This document shows positions 15,342 through 25,480 of a stretch of DNA of 64,000 nt, piece by piece. Each line of letters opens with the position of its first letter. Position 1 is the stretch's first letter. The DNA is from a virus: positions 1-64,000 of IMG/VR virus record IMGVR_UViG_3300029441_000005, one strand, 5' to 3'. The position numbers and the translations under genes were made by a program. Below the pieces are notes generated by a model. The model worked only from the letters and a program-made list of their open reading frames with translations. It did no database searches and was not told where the DNA came from.

Positions 15342-17057
15342 CTAGTGGTATTGTGAAAGGCCCCTTTCTCTGGTCACAGTAAGCACCCTGGCATTAGGAA
15401 TTGGCAATGATTCCTGGTGAGATATGAGGTATAGAGTTTTGTCCTTATATATCTTTCTAATTAACCCTATAACCAACTCTACATATTCTGAACTGAGGTT
15501 TTCAAATACCTCATCCAAGAAAGCTATATTTAACCCCTTGGCTTTGGTCATCACATCGTTCATAGCAAATGCTATAGCTAAGTTCACCAAAGTTTTTTGA
15601 CCACCAGATAATTCCTCGTATGATACCTCTATACCATCCATTATTATCTGGGTATTGAAGTCCTTCTTTACTCCTTGTATATCTACATAGAATAGGATAC
15701 TGAACCCAAGTACGTCAGAATATGATTCGAGAGTTTCATTCAAAATATCCATTGAGCTCTCAAATAAAAATGCTTTTATACCTCGGTTCCCAAGAGGGTC
15801 ATCCATTACCCATTTGTAATTATCAACCTTTCCCTTCTGACTTTTCATTCTTTCTTCTACAGTTGATAATTTCTTGGTTAAGGTTGAAAGCTGTGCTTTA
15901 TATTTAGTTATTAACCCATTATTTACTCCCACTTTCTTTTCTGAAGAAAGCCTTTTGATTTCAGATTCTACTTGTTCTATCTCTCTTTGTATCTTCTTTA
16001 CTTCATATTCCTTATCCCTGAGTTCTTCCAGTTCATCTCGATAATTGGATATTCTGTCAGATACCCTGGAATATTTACCTTGTAACCTTTCGATATCTCC
16101 AAAGGCTTTCTTTACCTCGATTAGGTGTTTCAAAGAGTTCTTAATATCACCCCTCTTCAGTAACTTTATTATTCCCTCAATAAACTCTTCTAGAGATACC
16201 TTAGTTTTCTTCCTGGCATCATTTATCTTATTGAGAATATCCCTTTGATTTTCCTTTGCCTCTGATAGCTTCTGTTCAATTCTGTTTTTCTGAGTTACTG
16301 TCTCCTTAAGCTCACTTGACTTTTTTGCCTTAGCTAGCAGTGATAATCTCTTCTCGAGAACCTTAACCTTTGAAGATATGTCGTCTTTTACCGTACTGGC
16401 TTGCTTCTTTAAGTCATCAACCATTCTTTGAATGGACTGCTTCTTACCTTCTAAGGTTCGATATCTTTGAGAGATGTCTTGATACTCCTTCAGGGCTTCT
16501 GTATAGTAGCCCTTAGCAATATCTCTAGCTTTAGATATATATTCTAACTCAAAAATCTCCTCAAACAGTTCTTTCTTGTCAGAGGAAGATTCCTGTATCA
16601 GTCTTTTCATGCCTTGACCGAAAAGTACTGAGTTCATAAAAAGGCTATACGACATACCCAAATCAGCGATTATAAGCGCCTGTATCTCCCCCTTACTTTT
16701 CTCTTGTACTTCAACAGCATCTATCTCATAGATAAGTCTATCTTTGCCCTTGGCTCCATTTACTTCACCCTTATATTTAAGACATCTGGTTATCTTATGA
16801 GTCCTACCATTCTTACCGAAGTATAATTCTACCTTGGTTCCTTGATAAGACTTTGGTCTGTATTTCTCCCAGGTATTCACATCTGACTTACCTTTTAGAT
16901 TCTTACCATAAGCACCCCAAACTAAAGCGGATAAGATGGTAGTCTTACCTTCTCCTGTAGCTCCTCGAATTACGGTTATTCCCTTTGAACTTAGGTTTAA
17001 TTCCAAATGGGATATTGAACAGAAGCCATCGATTATAATATTGCCAAACTGTATCAT
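15342..17057 (-). CDS. Rad50/SbcC-like ATPase (T4 gp46 analogue)
   Basis: Walker A GATGEGKTT, a long coiled-coil middle, ABC signature LSGGQKT, Walker B AFLDEVF and H-loop LISHQ. Confidence 0.85.
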   Translation of the reverse strand: MIQFGNIIIDGFCSISHLELNLSSKGITVIRGATGEGKTTILSALVWGAYGKNLKGKSDVNTWEKYRPKSYQGTKVELYFGKNGRTHKITRCLKYKGEVNGAKGKDRLIYEIDAVEVQEKSKGEIQALIIADLGMSYSLFMNSVLFGQGMKRLIQESSSDKKELFEEIFELEYISKARDIAKGYYTEALKEYQDISQRYRTLEGKKQSIQRMVDDLKKQASTVKDDISSKVKVLEKRLSLLAKAKKSSELKETVTQKNRIEQKLSEAKENQRDILNKINDARKKTKVSLEEFIEGIIKLLKRGDIKNSLKHLIEVKKAFGDIERLQGKYSRVSDRISNYRDELEELRDKEYEVKKIQREIEQVESEIKRLSSEKKVGVNNGLITKYKAQLSTLTKKLSTVEERMKSQKGKVDNYKWVMDDPLGNRGIKAFLFESSMDILNETLESYSDVLGFSILFYVDIQGVKKDFNTQIIMDGIEVSYEELSGGQKTLVNLAIAFAMNDVMTKAKGLNIAFLDEVFENLSSEYVELVIGLIRKIYKDKTLYLISHQESLPIPNARVLTVTRERGLSQYH

Positions 17058-18016
17058 TCTGCCTCCTTAATTACTTTTAATAATGTGGCCTTTTTATTTT
17101 GGTCTTTTATGCCCTTTGCCCTCATATACCTCCTTACCATAGTTTTCTTAGTAAGTTCCCGAGTTATTTGCGGGGCATCTTCCACCGCCACAACCCGATA
17201 CTTGCTAGCAATGACAGTATAATAATTGCCATCATCCTTAATTTCATCTTCTGATGATACATCCACAAATTTAGGAAAGCCTTTGAATGGCTTGAATTCC
17301 ATTGAGAAGTCCTCATATATTTTCCAATATCCAAGTTTACAATTACGGTCTGTTCTCCTTTGTTGTAAAGGAGCTCCTACCATGTATATCTTCTTTCCAA
17401 GCCTCTGAGGTTTATGTATATGGCCTATCAATACTAACTTGAACTTAGATAGAAGATTCACATTCAGATTCTCTACTGTTCCAACTTCAGTATTATCAGT
17501 ATCTTTAGCTCCCGGGTAGTCAGTATGCAATAATAGGATTGTTGGCTTTAACATAGCTTCTTTCAACTCAGCTTTGATTAACCCATCTAACCCCTTGTTA
17601 TGGTCTAAATAGGGAATACCTACTACTCTGAACTTATCAAACTCATGATAAGAGAAGTCCAGATTGTGTAAGAACGAATACCTACGACATAAGTTTGCCC
17701 AGTGTGATGGAGATTGATTAGTTATCGAATTGCTTTTCTGTAGGTCATGGTTTCCAGATATACCATAGATGTTAAATTCCTCGCACCTATTTAACTCTTC
17801 GAACTGTTCAATTATAATTTCATCAAGTGAAGTACTTATATACTCTGGACGGTGCATAAAATCCCCGCAAAAAAATGCCGGGCATTTATACTTAATACAT
17901 AAGTCTTTAATCAAAGAGAGGACCCTGAAAATACTTAGGGTCCTCTTATTATCCTCATTGAACTTAGAGAATTCCCCTAAGTGCAAATCGGAGAATGCTA
18001 TACCTATCACCTTCAT
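17054..18016 (-). CDS. Mre11/SbcD-like nuclease (T4 gp47 analogue)
   Basis: Calcineurin-like phosphoesterase motifs are present: FSDLHLG, GDFMH, GNHD and GHIH. There is a 4-nt overlap with the Rad50-like gene. Confidence 0.85.
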   Translation of the reverse strand: MKVIGIAFSDLHLGEFSKFNEDNKRTLSIFRVLSLIKDLCIKYKCPAFFCGDFMHRPEYISTSLDEIIIEQFEELNRCEEFNIYGISGNHDLQKSNSITNQSPSHWANLCRRYSFLHNLDFSYHEFDKFRVVGIPYLDHNKGLDGLIKAELKEAMLKPTILLLHTDYPGAKDTDNTEVGTVENLNVNLLSKFKLVLIGHIHKPQRLGKKIYMVGAPLQQRRTDRNCKLGYWKIYEDFSMEFKPFKGFPKFVDVSSEDEIKDDGNYYTVIASKYRVVAVEDAPQITRELTKKTMVRRYMRAKGIKDQNKKATLLKVIKEAE

Positions 18017-18675
18017 AACTGAAGAAATTTCTTGATAAGGTGTTTTCTCTTCTCGTAGTTCATCTCATCCAGTATCATGACTTTTATCTTGTAACCCATA
18101 ATTTCCAGTGTACCGGTATTAGGTATACCATTTACATACTGGAGTATATTTGAATCGGGTTTATATCCCCACAGGTCAAGTATACCATACATTACCTGCG
18201 ATACCTGGAATTGATAATACCGAGATAATACTCGTTTACCATTGTCTTCTGTTACCCATTCATTAAAGAAGCTTGCTGAAAAAGGTATGAAAATTAGGTG
18301 AGTACACTGTTGACCCAGTAACATACGACATAAGTCTACTGCATGGTCTAAGTCGCATTCGGCTATCCTGTGAGAAAGTTTGTTGATGAAGTATGCTGCC
18401 GAATCAAAGTATGACCGGTCAGTTACAAAGCTATCTTCTCCCCTGAAAGCTTTGTTACGCAGATTAAGTACTTGCATATCCTGAGCAAATACTGTACTGG
18501 CATCTTGCTGAATCATATCAGCATGAGGCATGTCTCTTGTTTCAGGTACCAAGTCCGAATATGACCCGGATATGAAAGGTATCTTTAACATATCCGCTAC
18601 TTCCTTGGCAATGGTTGTTTTTCCAACCCCAGAAACACCGGTGAACATAATTTGATATTTCCTACCGTTGTACAT
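18013..18675 (-). CDS. P-loop nucleotide/nucleoside kinase-like protein
   Basis: Walker A GVSGVGKTT at the N-terminus, and a DRS...D..AY motif typical of dNMP/dN kinases. Confidence 0.55.
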   Translation of the reverse strand: MYNGRKYQIMFTGVSGVGKTTIAKEVADMLKIPFISGSYSDLVPETRDMPHADMIQQDASTVFAQDMQVLNLRNKAFRGEDSFVTDRSYFDSAAYFINKLSHRIAECDLDHAVDLCRMLLGQQCTHLIFIPFSASFFNEWVTEDNGKRVLSRYYQFQVSQVMYGILDLWGYKPDSNILQYVNGIPNTGTLEIMGYKIKVMILDEMNYEKRKHLIKKFLQL

Positions 18676-19609
18676 AATGTTGTAGTTTTTTGAAAGGTTC
18701 CAAAAAATCGGGTATCTTGAAAGACCTTAAGTTAAACTTGTCAAGTACCATGAATAACCTGTCTTTCCTTATATTATTAGTACATCCTTTTACCCAAGGG
18801 ACTTTCTTGATAGGGTGAAGAGTTAATGCAGTTCTCAAGTCTATAAGAGGCTTGTTCTTCTTGTATAACTCTTCTAGCTGGTCCCTTTCAATGCCCTTGA
18901 ACTCTGCTCCTTTTGCATCTATGAAGTCTGCTATGCTCCCGTATTGTTTCAGGAAAGCCTTAGTCTTCACTTCTCCCATACCATAATAACCAGGTATATC
19001 ATCCGATTTATCTCCATTAAATATTAGGTAGTCAACGCATTCCTCAGCAGAGTAACCCATTATATCCTTACAGGTTTGACTAAGGATTAGGGTATCTTTG
19101 TTAGGATTGAATATCTTGACTCTTTTGTCTAGTAATTGACAGAAGTCTTTGTCAGAGGATATTATGAGAGATTTACCCGGGTGGTTTATTGCCAACCAAG
19201 CAATGTAGTCATCAGATTCATATCCCAAGCCTTTTCTATCGATAATCATCTGAACTCCGAGTAACCTTAGAATCCTTCTCAACAGTGATAGCTGTTTATT
19301 GAAATCTTCATAATCCATACTTATCTTACTCCTATGTGCTTTGTAACCCTCGAGTAGACCATTACGGAAATTAGACTCTTTGCTCTCATGAGTATCGAAT
19401 GTAATTACTACATGGCTTGGTTTAAACCGAGTTAAGTATGAACCGAGGATTCTTAAGAACCCATACACCAACCCGGTACCAGCTCCATTGTTGGCTTTAA
19501 GATTCTTAAACTTATGGTATGAACGGTGAGCAAGATTACTCCCGTCCACTACCATAAGCATCCTCGGTTTTCTACCCCTCGTCCGGGATGTATTCGTCTT
19601 CTTCTGCAT
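18662..19609 (-). CDS. 5'-3' exonuclease / flap endonuclease (RNase H-like)
   Basis: Motifs VVDGSNLAHR, FDTHES..FR...YKAHR, ESDDYIA, SSDKDFCQL and GDKSDDIPG...G.KTA-like. An alternative start at 19561 (MLMVVDG) would remove the overlap with the recA-like gene. Confidence 0.85.
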   Translation of the reverse strand: MQKKTNTSRTRGRKPRMLMVVDGSNLAHRSYHKFKNLKANNGAGTGLVYGFLRILGSYLTRFKPSHVVITFDTHESKESNFRNGLLEGYKAHRSKISMDYEDFNKQLSLLRRILRLLGVQMIIDRKGLGYESDDYIAWLAINHPGKSLIISSDKDFCQLLDKRVKIFNPNKDTLILSQTCKDIMGYSAEECVDYLIFNGDKSDDIPGYYGMGEVKTKAFLKQYGSIADFIDAKGAEFKGIERDQLEELYKKNKPLIDLRTALTLHPIKKVPWVKGCTNNIRKDRLFMVLDKFNLRSFKIPDFLEPFKKLQHYVQR

Positions 19610-20762
19610 CTTCAGATTCTATTTGAGATTCATAGTCTAAGTCTGCATCAACAGGGAACATGTTTCGTGTAATCTTCTTGAGCTTTCGCTTAGTGGTTCC
19701 TATGGTATTTATTCCAGCAGCCTTTAATAGCTTTTTCCTTAACTCACCATCTTCCTCGATTAACCTGTGGAAAGCCTCTTCACCTCGACAGAGTTTCTTT
19801 CCTTCAAACATGTATGTTCCACCACCGAGCTTCTCTATCACTCCAGCATCCTCCAGAGATTCCTCTAACCAGAAGTATCGGTCGAAGCCAACTTCATGGT
19901 ATTTTGGGTTGAAGTATATAGGGGCTTTGGATATGGTTTCTCGAGGAGGAGATACCTTATTCTTTTTCATCTGAACAGTTACATATTTACCTGCTCGTCT
20001 TTCCTTACCCTTATACTTAATCTTGAGAGTCTTACCGGAATAGAAAGCTAACCGGATTGAAGCATAGAACTTGAGTGCTGCTCCACCAGGAGTTGTACTG
20101 GTATCTTGACCAAACCCTGCACCCAGTTTACTACGTAATTGATTGATACATACCATGGTTACTCCGAGTCGATAGAACAATTCGTTCCTTATTCGGAACA
20201 TCTTGTATATCTGCTTTGCCCGGTTTCCCATCTCGGCCTTGCTATCCGCCATCTTTGCATCAATGGCTTCTATAGAATCCAGAGCTGCTATGGAGTCTAT
20301 CACAACTATGATAGGCTCATTATTAGTTAGCTTTGACCTCCAGTATATGGCTAAATCAGCAATAGCATCCGAAATAGTTTCTATTCTGGTATCATTTAAT
20401 ACTGTTACTCGTTCAGGGTCCAGACCATTTTCCTCTGCCCATGAATTCATCCATGCTTGTTCTGCATCCACCCATATTACATGACCCCCGAGTTGTTGTG
20501 CAGCATAAGCAAAGTTGTAAGCTATCAGGGACTTGCCTGAGGATTCTTCTCCCATGATTTCAATTATCTTCCCGAATGGTACACCACCACCCATTTGATA
20601 ATTGAGAGCAAAGAATGTGGATGGAATCCATAGTCCATGGTGATTTATAGTACTGGCCTTGAACTGGAGAGATGACCCGTATTTTTTGAGTATCTCATTC
20701 TGTGTGGGTATCTTAAACTTTTTGCCACCCGATTTTCGGGTAGCTTTAGGTTTTCTTGCCAT
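19572..20762 (-). CDS. RecA/UvsX-like recombinase
   Basis: Walker A GEESSGKS (compare RecA GPESSGKT), Walker B VIVVIDSIAAL, and an acidic C-terminal tail. Confidence 0.85.
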   Translation of the reverse strand: MARKPKATRKSGGKKFKIPTQNEILKKYGSSLQFKASTINHHGLWIPSTFFALNYQMGGGVPFGKIIEIMGEESSGKSLIAYNFAYAAQQLGGHVIWVDAEQAWMNSWAEENGLDPERVTVLNDTRIETISDAIADLAIYWRSKLTNNEPIIVVIDSIAALDSIEAIDAKMADSKAEMGNRAKQIYKMFRIRNELFYRLGVTMVCINQLRSKLGAGFGQDTSTTPGGAALKFYASIRLAFYSGKTLKIKYKGKERRAGKYVTVQMKKNKVSPPRETISKAPIYFNPKYHEVGFDRYFWLEESLEDAGVIEKLGGGTYMFEGKKLCRGEEAFHRLIEEDGELRKKLLKAAGINTIGTTKRKLKKITRNMFPVDADLDYESQIESEDAEEDEYIPDEG

Positions 20763-20780
20763 ACTTGTAATTTATAATAT

Positions 20781-20812
20781 GAAAAGAGTGGGATATAAAC
20801 TATACCCCACTC
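20781..20812 (-). terminator. stem-loop / weak terminator between the SSB-like and recA-like genes
   Basis: 7-bp stem gagtggg/cccactc followed by TTTT on the minus strand. Confidence 0.35.
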
Positions 20813-20841
20813 CTACTTTAGGTATATATATCTAGAAAATC

Positions 20842-21630
20842 TTAGATATCACTCTTATATTTCTTTCCCTTTTTCTTTTTCTTGTCCTCTAGCTTGCTTT
20901 TGGAAGAGGACTTCTTACGTGGTCTTTCATCCTCATCGTCATCATCCCCCTCATTGAGGAATGAAGCCAGCTTCTCCTCGAGTTCGTCGTAGGAAAGGAT
21001 ATTTGCCCGGATTGCTTTCTCCAGGTCTACCTCTCCCCGATACTTCTTGTCCAGCTTGGTTTTCTGGCAGGGTGATACCGAATAACTGGTATCATTCTTA
21101 CCGGTACCAGTACGGGTGATTTTGATATCGTATCCCTCTACGGGGTCGGTCATATCTCCCCAGTCCTCTTCATCGAGGTAAAGGTCGATAATATCCTGAT
21201 ATACCGAACGGGGTACCATCATGGGTTTATCTACCCGGTCTGGGTCAATTTCCTTACCCTTGGTATCTTTGTACCCGAGTACCCCGATGAGATACTTTCT
21301 CTTCGGTACCAGTTTCGAGGCCAAGGCCTTGTCATCGGGGTCATCGGAGTTTTTAAGCTCCTGGAACTTCTCCATGAAAGGGCATGGCTCATCGAAAGTT
21401 GCCGGAGATATAATACCTCCCTCCTTTGGTCCAAGATAGAATTGAATAATCTCTATTCCTAATTCCTCGTCTGCACCACGAGATTTGATACGTACTCGGG
21501 TAGTTCCTTCTTTCGGGTAGATTATTCCACCACCTCCACTACGCTTTTCCAGGTCCTTCTTCCTGGCAAGCATCTTTTCTCGGGTAGTCATTACACTGCC
21601 CTTTTTCTTGGTTGTTTTTTCCTTTTTCAT
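20842..21630 (-). CDS. putative ssDNA-binding protein (T4 gp32-like)
   Basis: The layout resembles gp32: TRVRIKS... (compare IRFLPS), a CP-containing segment, KRKYLIGVLGY (compare KRKTSYWANILVV), and an acidic tail. It lies next to the recombinase gene. The similarity was judged from memory only. Confidence 0.5.
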   Translation of the reverse strand: MKKEKTTKKKGSVMTTREKMLARKKDLEKRSGGGGIIYPKEGTTRVRIKSRGADEELGIEIIQFYLGPKEGGIISPATFDEPCPFMEKFQELKNSDDPDDKALASKLVPKRKYLIGVLGYKDTKGKEIDPDRVDKPMMVPRSVYQDIIDLYLDEEDWGDMTDPVEGYDIKITRTGTGKNDTSYSVSPCQKTKLDKKYRGEVDLEKAIRANILSYDELEEKLASFLNEGDDDDEDERPRKKSSSKSKLEDKKKKKGKKYKSDI

Positions 21631-21634
21631 GGCT

Positions 21635-22009
21635 TTATTTATTGGTTTCGATATAAAGTATCTCGTTCAGAGATAATATAGTTGTTACTTGATTGGGAAG
21701 GTCTACTACATCTAGTTCTTTACCAGCATACAGACCGTATGTAACTACTGCTCCAACCTGAAGACCGGGATATTCTTCACATTGTTCATCGGTGACTGGT
21801 CCTACCTGAATTACTACTCCCTTGCGAGGTACTGTATCTTTATCGTGTTCCTGAGGGATATAAAGTCCTCCTTTGGTTTTGGTATCTGCAGTTACTACCG
21901 GTGATACAATAAGTACTCGACTTCCTGTGGGAGTTCCTAAACCGTTCAGTTTCTCATTCAACTCCCTTGCTTCTTTGACCGAAATAAGGTCTAACTCAAT
22001 TCTTGACAT
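21635..22009 (-). CDS. groES: GroES-type co-chaperonin (T4 gp31 analogue)
   Basis: GGLYIPQEHDKDTVPRKGVVIQVGPV...GAVVTYGLYAGKELDV follows the GroES mobile-loop/beta-barrel pattern. Confidence 0.7.
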   Translation of the reverse strand: MSRIELDLISVKEARELNEKLNGLGTPTGSRVLIVSPVVTADTKTKGGLYIPQEHDKDTVPRKGVVIQVGPVTDEQCEEYPGLQVGAVVTYGLYAGKELDVVDLPNQVTTILSLNEILYIETNK

Positions 22010-22011
22010 AG

Positions 22012-22458
22012 TTACTGTTGTTTACGTAAGTTTGCTGATATCGTTCTTAATATATTCTCTCTTGATTCATAAGCTTTACATATACTTATCATCTTACTCG
22101 CATTGTACTCAGCCTTCATATATCTTTTCAATGCTCCTTGATAAGCTTGGTTGTTCTCTGCTTTGTGTGCTGCAGCATCATTATTGATATTACCCGATTC
22201 TTTGTAGTAAAGCCATGCCTTGCTATATGCTTGGTCCTTTGCCTTTTCAAGTTTATCCCTTTTATATATAAGCCTATCCCTTACCATCACCAATAGAGCA
22301 TAATTAGATGGACTTCTACGTAAAGACTGATTGACCAGGTTCTCGTCAATCATGAGTTCCTGGTCTAAATCAATCTCATAGGTTTTCCCTTGAAATAGAA
22401 TCTTTAGTGTGTTTTTCTTAATCTGGGATAGACGTACTATCTTTTGCCTTTTTTCCAT
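22012..22458 (-). CDS. possible UvsY-like recombination mediator
   Basis: 148 aa, helical. Its size, position and loose pattern (LYYKE...; C-terminal ISICKAYESRENILRTISANLR) recall T4 UvsY. The evidence is weak. Confidence 0.3.
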   Translation of the reverse strand: MEKRQKIVRLSQIKKNTLKILFQGKTYEIDLDQELMIDENLVNQSLRRSPSNYALLVMVRDRLIYKRDKLEKAKDQAYSKAWLYYKESGNINNDAAAHKAENNQAYQGALKRYMKAEYNASKMISICKAYESRENILRTISANLRKQQ

Positions 22459-22931
22459 ATAACACCTCTTTCACTGAAGTATTTATACATGGTCATAATG
22501 CTTATTCCATATTTGACCTTTATCTGTAGGTTACTCATACCACTCTCATAATCTTCTATCATCTTATTTATAGACTCCTCACTCAACTTAGGGCTTGGTA
22601 TATTAAATCTACCGTCTCTTATACATTGTTGAGTATTCTCTTGGTTAGTACACCAATATAGATTTTCTACTTTATTATTTTCTCGATTATTATCCTTATG
22701 ACCCACACACGGTTTATTATCTGGGTTTGGAATGTAGATTAAAGCTACCAACCTATGTATATTAAACGTATACTTAATCCCCTTATTATTTCTTAGGCTT
22801 ACTATCAAGTAACCATTGTTCTTCTTTCTCTTAGCCATTTTCCTCCAAGTAACTCTATCTCTATACTTAGAGTACACATTACCTTCTCGAGTAACATGGT
22901 AACAATCAAAATCTGGTATATTACCTTTCAT
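22437..22931 (-). CDS. HNH homing endonuclease
   Basis: NGYLIVSL...HRLVALIYIPNPDNKPCVGHKDNNRENNKVENLYWCTNQEN is a typical HNH_3/NUMOD-type core. The C-terminus is HTH-like. Confidence 0.8.
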   Translation of the reverse strand: MKGNIPDFDCYHVTREGNVYSKYRDRVTWRKMAKRKKNNGYLIVSLRNNKGIKYTFNIHRLVALIYIPNPDNKPCVGHKDNNRENNKVENLYWCTNQENTQQCIRDGRFNIPSPKLSEESINKMIEDYESGMSNLQIKVKYGISIMTMYKYFSERGVIWKKGKR

Positions 22932-25215
22932 ACATTCTCTTCCTAAACTCTCTCTTATTTTTCTCTATCTCTTCTGGATATAACTTAGGATAATCTTCTA
23001 TTTCAATACCTTTGAACTTACGATGTTCCTCTAAGTACTCATCAGGATTAAAATCTGGTTCAAGCATTTTCCTATAATCATATCCAGGAATAAAAGGTAG
23101 TTCCTCTGCCATAGAACGCCCGATAACGAAGTCCATTGACATACTTACGTCGTCTATCTGGAAGTTGAAGTATTCTTTAGTATTTGGGTTACGGCAAGTT
23201 TCCCAAATCTCGTATACTACCCAGGTATTTATATATTCGGGACTTACCAAGTAATAGGTAGCATCATGAACATTACAAGTCTCTTGCATAAATGGTAACT
23301 TACCTTGCCTCATTTTCCAATAGTTTAGGATTGAAGCGAATAAGTTCATATCAGATGCAGCTGATTGACAAGGCATATTAACTGATAATCTTACTGCGTA
23401 TGCAGCTTCTTGCTCATTATCAGAATATACTTGAGGTAACCTTCTTTTCCTGCCAAACAAAGATTTAATATATCCATGTCTTACCAACACTTTCTCCTGG
23501 TTAATCATGAACTTCTTAATCTTTGGATGCTCTTGGAAGAACTCATTCAACTGTTGTTGAGCTTCGTCAGGGGTTACGATAATACCTGCTTTTGGGTCAG
23601 ATAGTTTAACTGCAAGCAGTTTCTTCTGAATACCGTAGATAATACCGAAACATATCTGCTTTGCCTGCTTCCTTCGATTTTTCCAAAGCTTATAATCTGG
23701 ATGTTGTTCATCGCTGTAAGCTTTGTTTGCTTCCTCGTATGATACACCATACTTGTTTGCTGCAATAGCAAGGTGAGGGTCCTGACCCTTAGCAAATGCC
23801 TCAAGATAAGTCTCATCTCCCGATAGGTGTGCCATGATTCTTAACTCTGCCTGAGAGTAGTCAAGTGCCATGTATAATTTCCCCTTTGGAGCTACTAACT
23901 GTTTCTTAATATTAGCATCTACTGAAGTCTTTGGTATCTGCTGAAGATTTGGTTCAGAACTACTTAGTCGGCCAGAAGTAGTACCAATAATTTTGAATTG
24001 CCCGTGAATTCTATCATCATCCTGAACTTTATCATGCCATCCCTCAATATAGGTTGTATACATTTTCTTTAACCCTCTCAACTCGAGAAGATTATCCAGG
24101 AAAATTGCTTTGGGATTTTCGGGATTTTTAACCGTTAGTCGAAGTTCTACCAATGTATCTTCATCGGTACTCGGCTTATCAGTATCACGATTAGTTTTCT
24201 TATCCTTGGTATATTTTATGATAGGGAATTTGAACCCCTTTTCAGAATACAACAGTAGAGGTAAATCAATTGTACTTCCCAAGTTTACTTCTCGGGTTAA
24301 TTCCAATTCTTTTTTAGTGGTGAATACACCAGCTCGTATATTGGATATTTTTTGCTCCCTGCTTGCTATTTTCCGTGCGTCCTTTGGGTTATGATAATCC
24401 AGGTCTTCAAGTTCACTTTCAATAGATGCAAGGTACTTGCTTATTCTTTCTTGAACAAGCCATCTAGAGAATTTTTTCACTCGTGGAAGATTCAAGCAAT
24501 TAGAAGTTGCTTGTTCAATCTTTGGCTTGTAAGATTCAAGCAGTTCCTGATTGAATTTCCTATCGAGGTATAATCCGGTTTTTTCAGCATGCTGCAATAC
24601 CCTAGAAGCTGGCATAATCAAATGCCTAAACAAGGGGTACATGCCAATCTCTATTAGCTTACTTTCAAAGAACATAGCTAACCTAAGAGTATAATCGGTA
24701 TCCTGACAACCATACTTGCATAATGGTTCCAAGGGTTTCTTATCCCAAGGTATCTTGTCAAACTTCTCTGCCTTCTCGTAATCGCCATGCTCTGGTAGAT
24801 ACCTTCTAACCATTGACTTCAGGTCATTGGGTTTCTCTTCATTTAGAAGATACTTCATAAGCATTCCATCCAGAACAGTACCTCTAACATATATCCCATA
24901 CAACTCGAATATCTGAAGGTCAAACTTCAGATTCCATCCCACTTTAGTTATATTGGGATTCTCAACCACCTTTCTACCAAAATACTTTAACCAACGTTTC
25001 CAATGAGGGTTTTCATATTCGTGGTGACATAATGGAATAGATACACCAGAACCAACTTGAAAGGTTACAGATAAAATTGTGGGTTTGAAGGTTTTATTAT
25101 AAATACCTTCTGCATTTGTCTCGAAGTCGACGGAAGCTATGCCGGTTTTCAAACAAGCTTTCACAAGCCGCTTGACTTGTGAGAAACTTTTGATTATGTC
25201 ATATCTTGACTCCAT
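22921..25215 (-). CDS. family A DNA polymerase with 3'-5' exonuclease domain
   Basis: ExoI VDFET, motif A LDYSQAELRIMAH, motif B RRKQAKQICFGIIYG and motif C NVHDA. Confidence 0.9.
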   Translation of the reverse strand: MESRYDIIKSFSQVKRLVKACLKTGIASVDFETNAEGIYNKTFKPTILSVTFQVGSGVSIPLCHHEYENPHWKRWLKYFGRKVVENPNITKVGWNLKFDLQIFELYGIYVRGTVLDGMLMKYLLNEEKPNDLKSMVRRYLPEHGDYEKAEKFDKIPWDKKPLEPLCKYGCQDTDYTLRLAMFFESKLIEIGMYPLFRHLIMPASRVLQHAEKTGLYLDRKFNQELLESYKPKIEQATSNCLNLPRVKKFSRWLVQERISKYLASIESELEDLDYHNPKDARKIASREQKISNIRAGVFTTKKELELTREVNLGSTIDLPLLLYSEKGFKFPIIKYTKDKKTNRDTDKPSTDEDTLVELRLTVKNPENPKAIFLDNLLELRGLKKMYTTYIEGWHDKVQDDDRIHGQFKIIGTTSGRLSSSEPNLQQIPKTSVDANIKKQLVAPKGKLYMALDYSQAELRIMAHLSGDETYLEAFAKGQDPHLAIAANKYGVSYEEANKAYSDEQHPDYKLWKNRRKQAKQICFGIIYGIQKKLLAVKLSDPKAGIIVTPDEAQQQLNEFFQEHPKIKKFMINQEKVLVRHGYIKSLFGRKRRLPQVYSDNEQEAAYAVRLSVNMPCQSAASDMNLFASILNYWKMRQGKLPFMQETCNVHDATYYLVSPEYINTWVVYEIWETCRNPNTKEYFNFQIDDVSMSMDFVIGRSMAEELPFIPGYDYRKMLEPDFNPDEYLEEHRKFKGIEIEDYPKLYPEEIEKNKREFRKRMYER

Positions 25216-25462
25216 GTTTATTCTTATTATATGCAGTATAGAATAGATTTTTACATGACCCTAAGTCTGATGTATTCTTTACTACTTGAAAGATACCGTT
25301 CTTTACTCTTTTTATATACCCTGCTCTACAAAGAAGACAGCATAACCAATATAAATATGCTGTCTTAGCTCCTGTACTTTGTAAGTAAGTATACCTAAAT
25401 GTCTGACCAACTTCTTTATTTTGTAGAAGTTTTATCAAGTTATATATAATGTCTCCTTTCAT
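25199..25462 (-). CDS. hypothetical small protein
   Basis: The start was set at ATG 25462 (MKGDIIYNLIK...), because the upstream 17 track codons overlap tRNA-Leu. Confidence 0.4.
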   Translation of the reverse strand: MKGDIIYNLIKLLQNKEVGQTFRYTYLQSTGAKTAYLYWLCCLLCRAGYIKRVKNGIFQVVKNTSDLGSCKNLFYTAYNKNKHGVKI

Positions 25463-25480
25463 AAGAATTATAAAATCATG

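Noticed and set aside
21231-21434. Internal same-strand ORFs: 21231-21434, and also 23574-23816, 51604-51840, 60155-60376, 60458-60655 and 60913-61200
   Set aside because: They are nested out of frame in longer genes with recognised motifs, and nothing supports independent expression.
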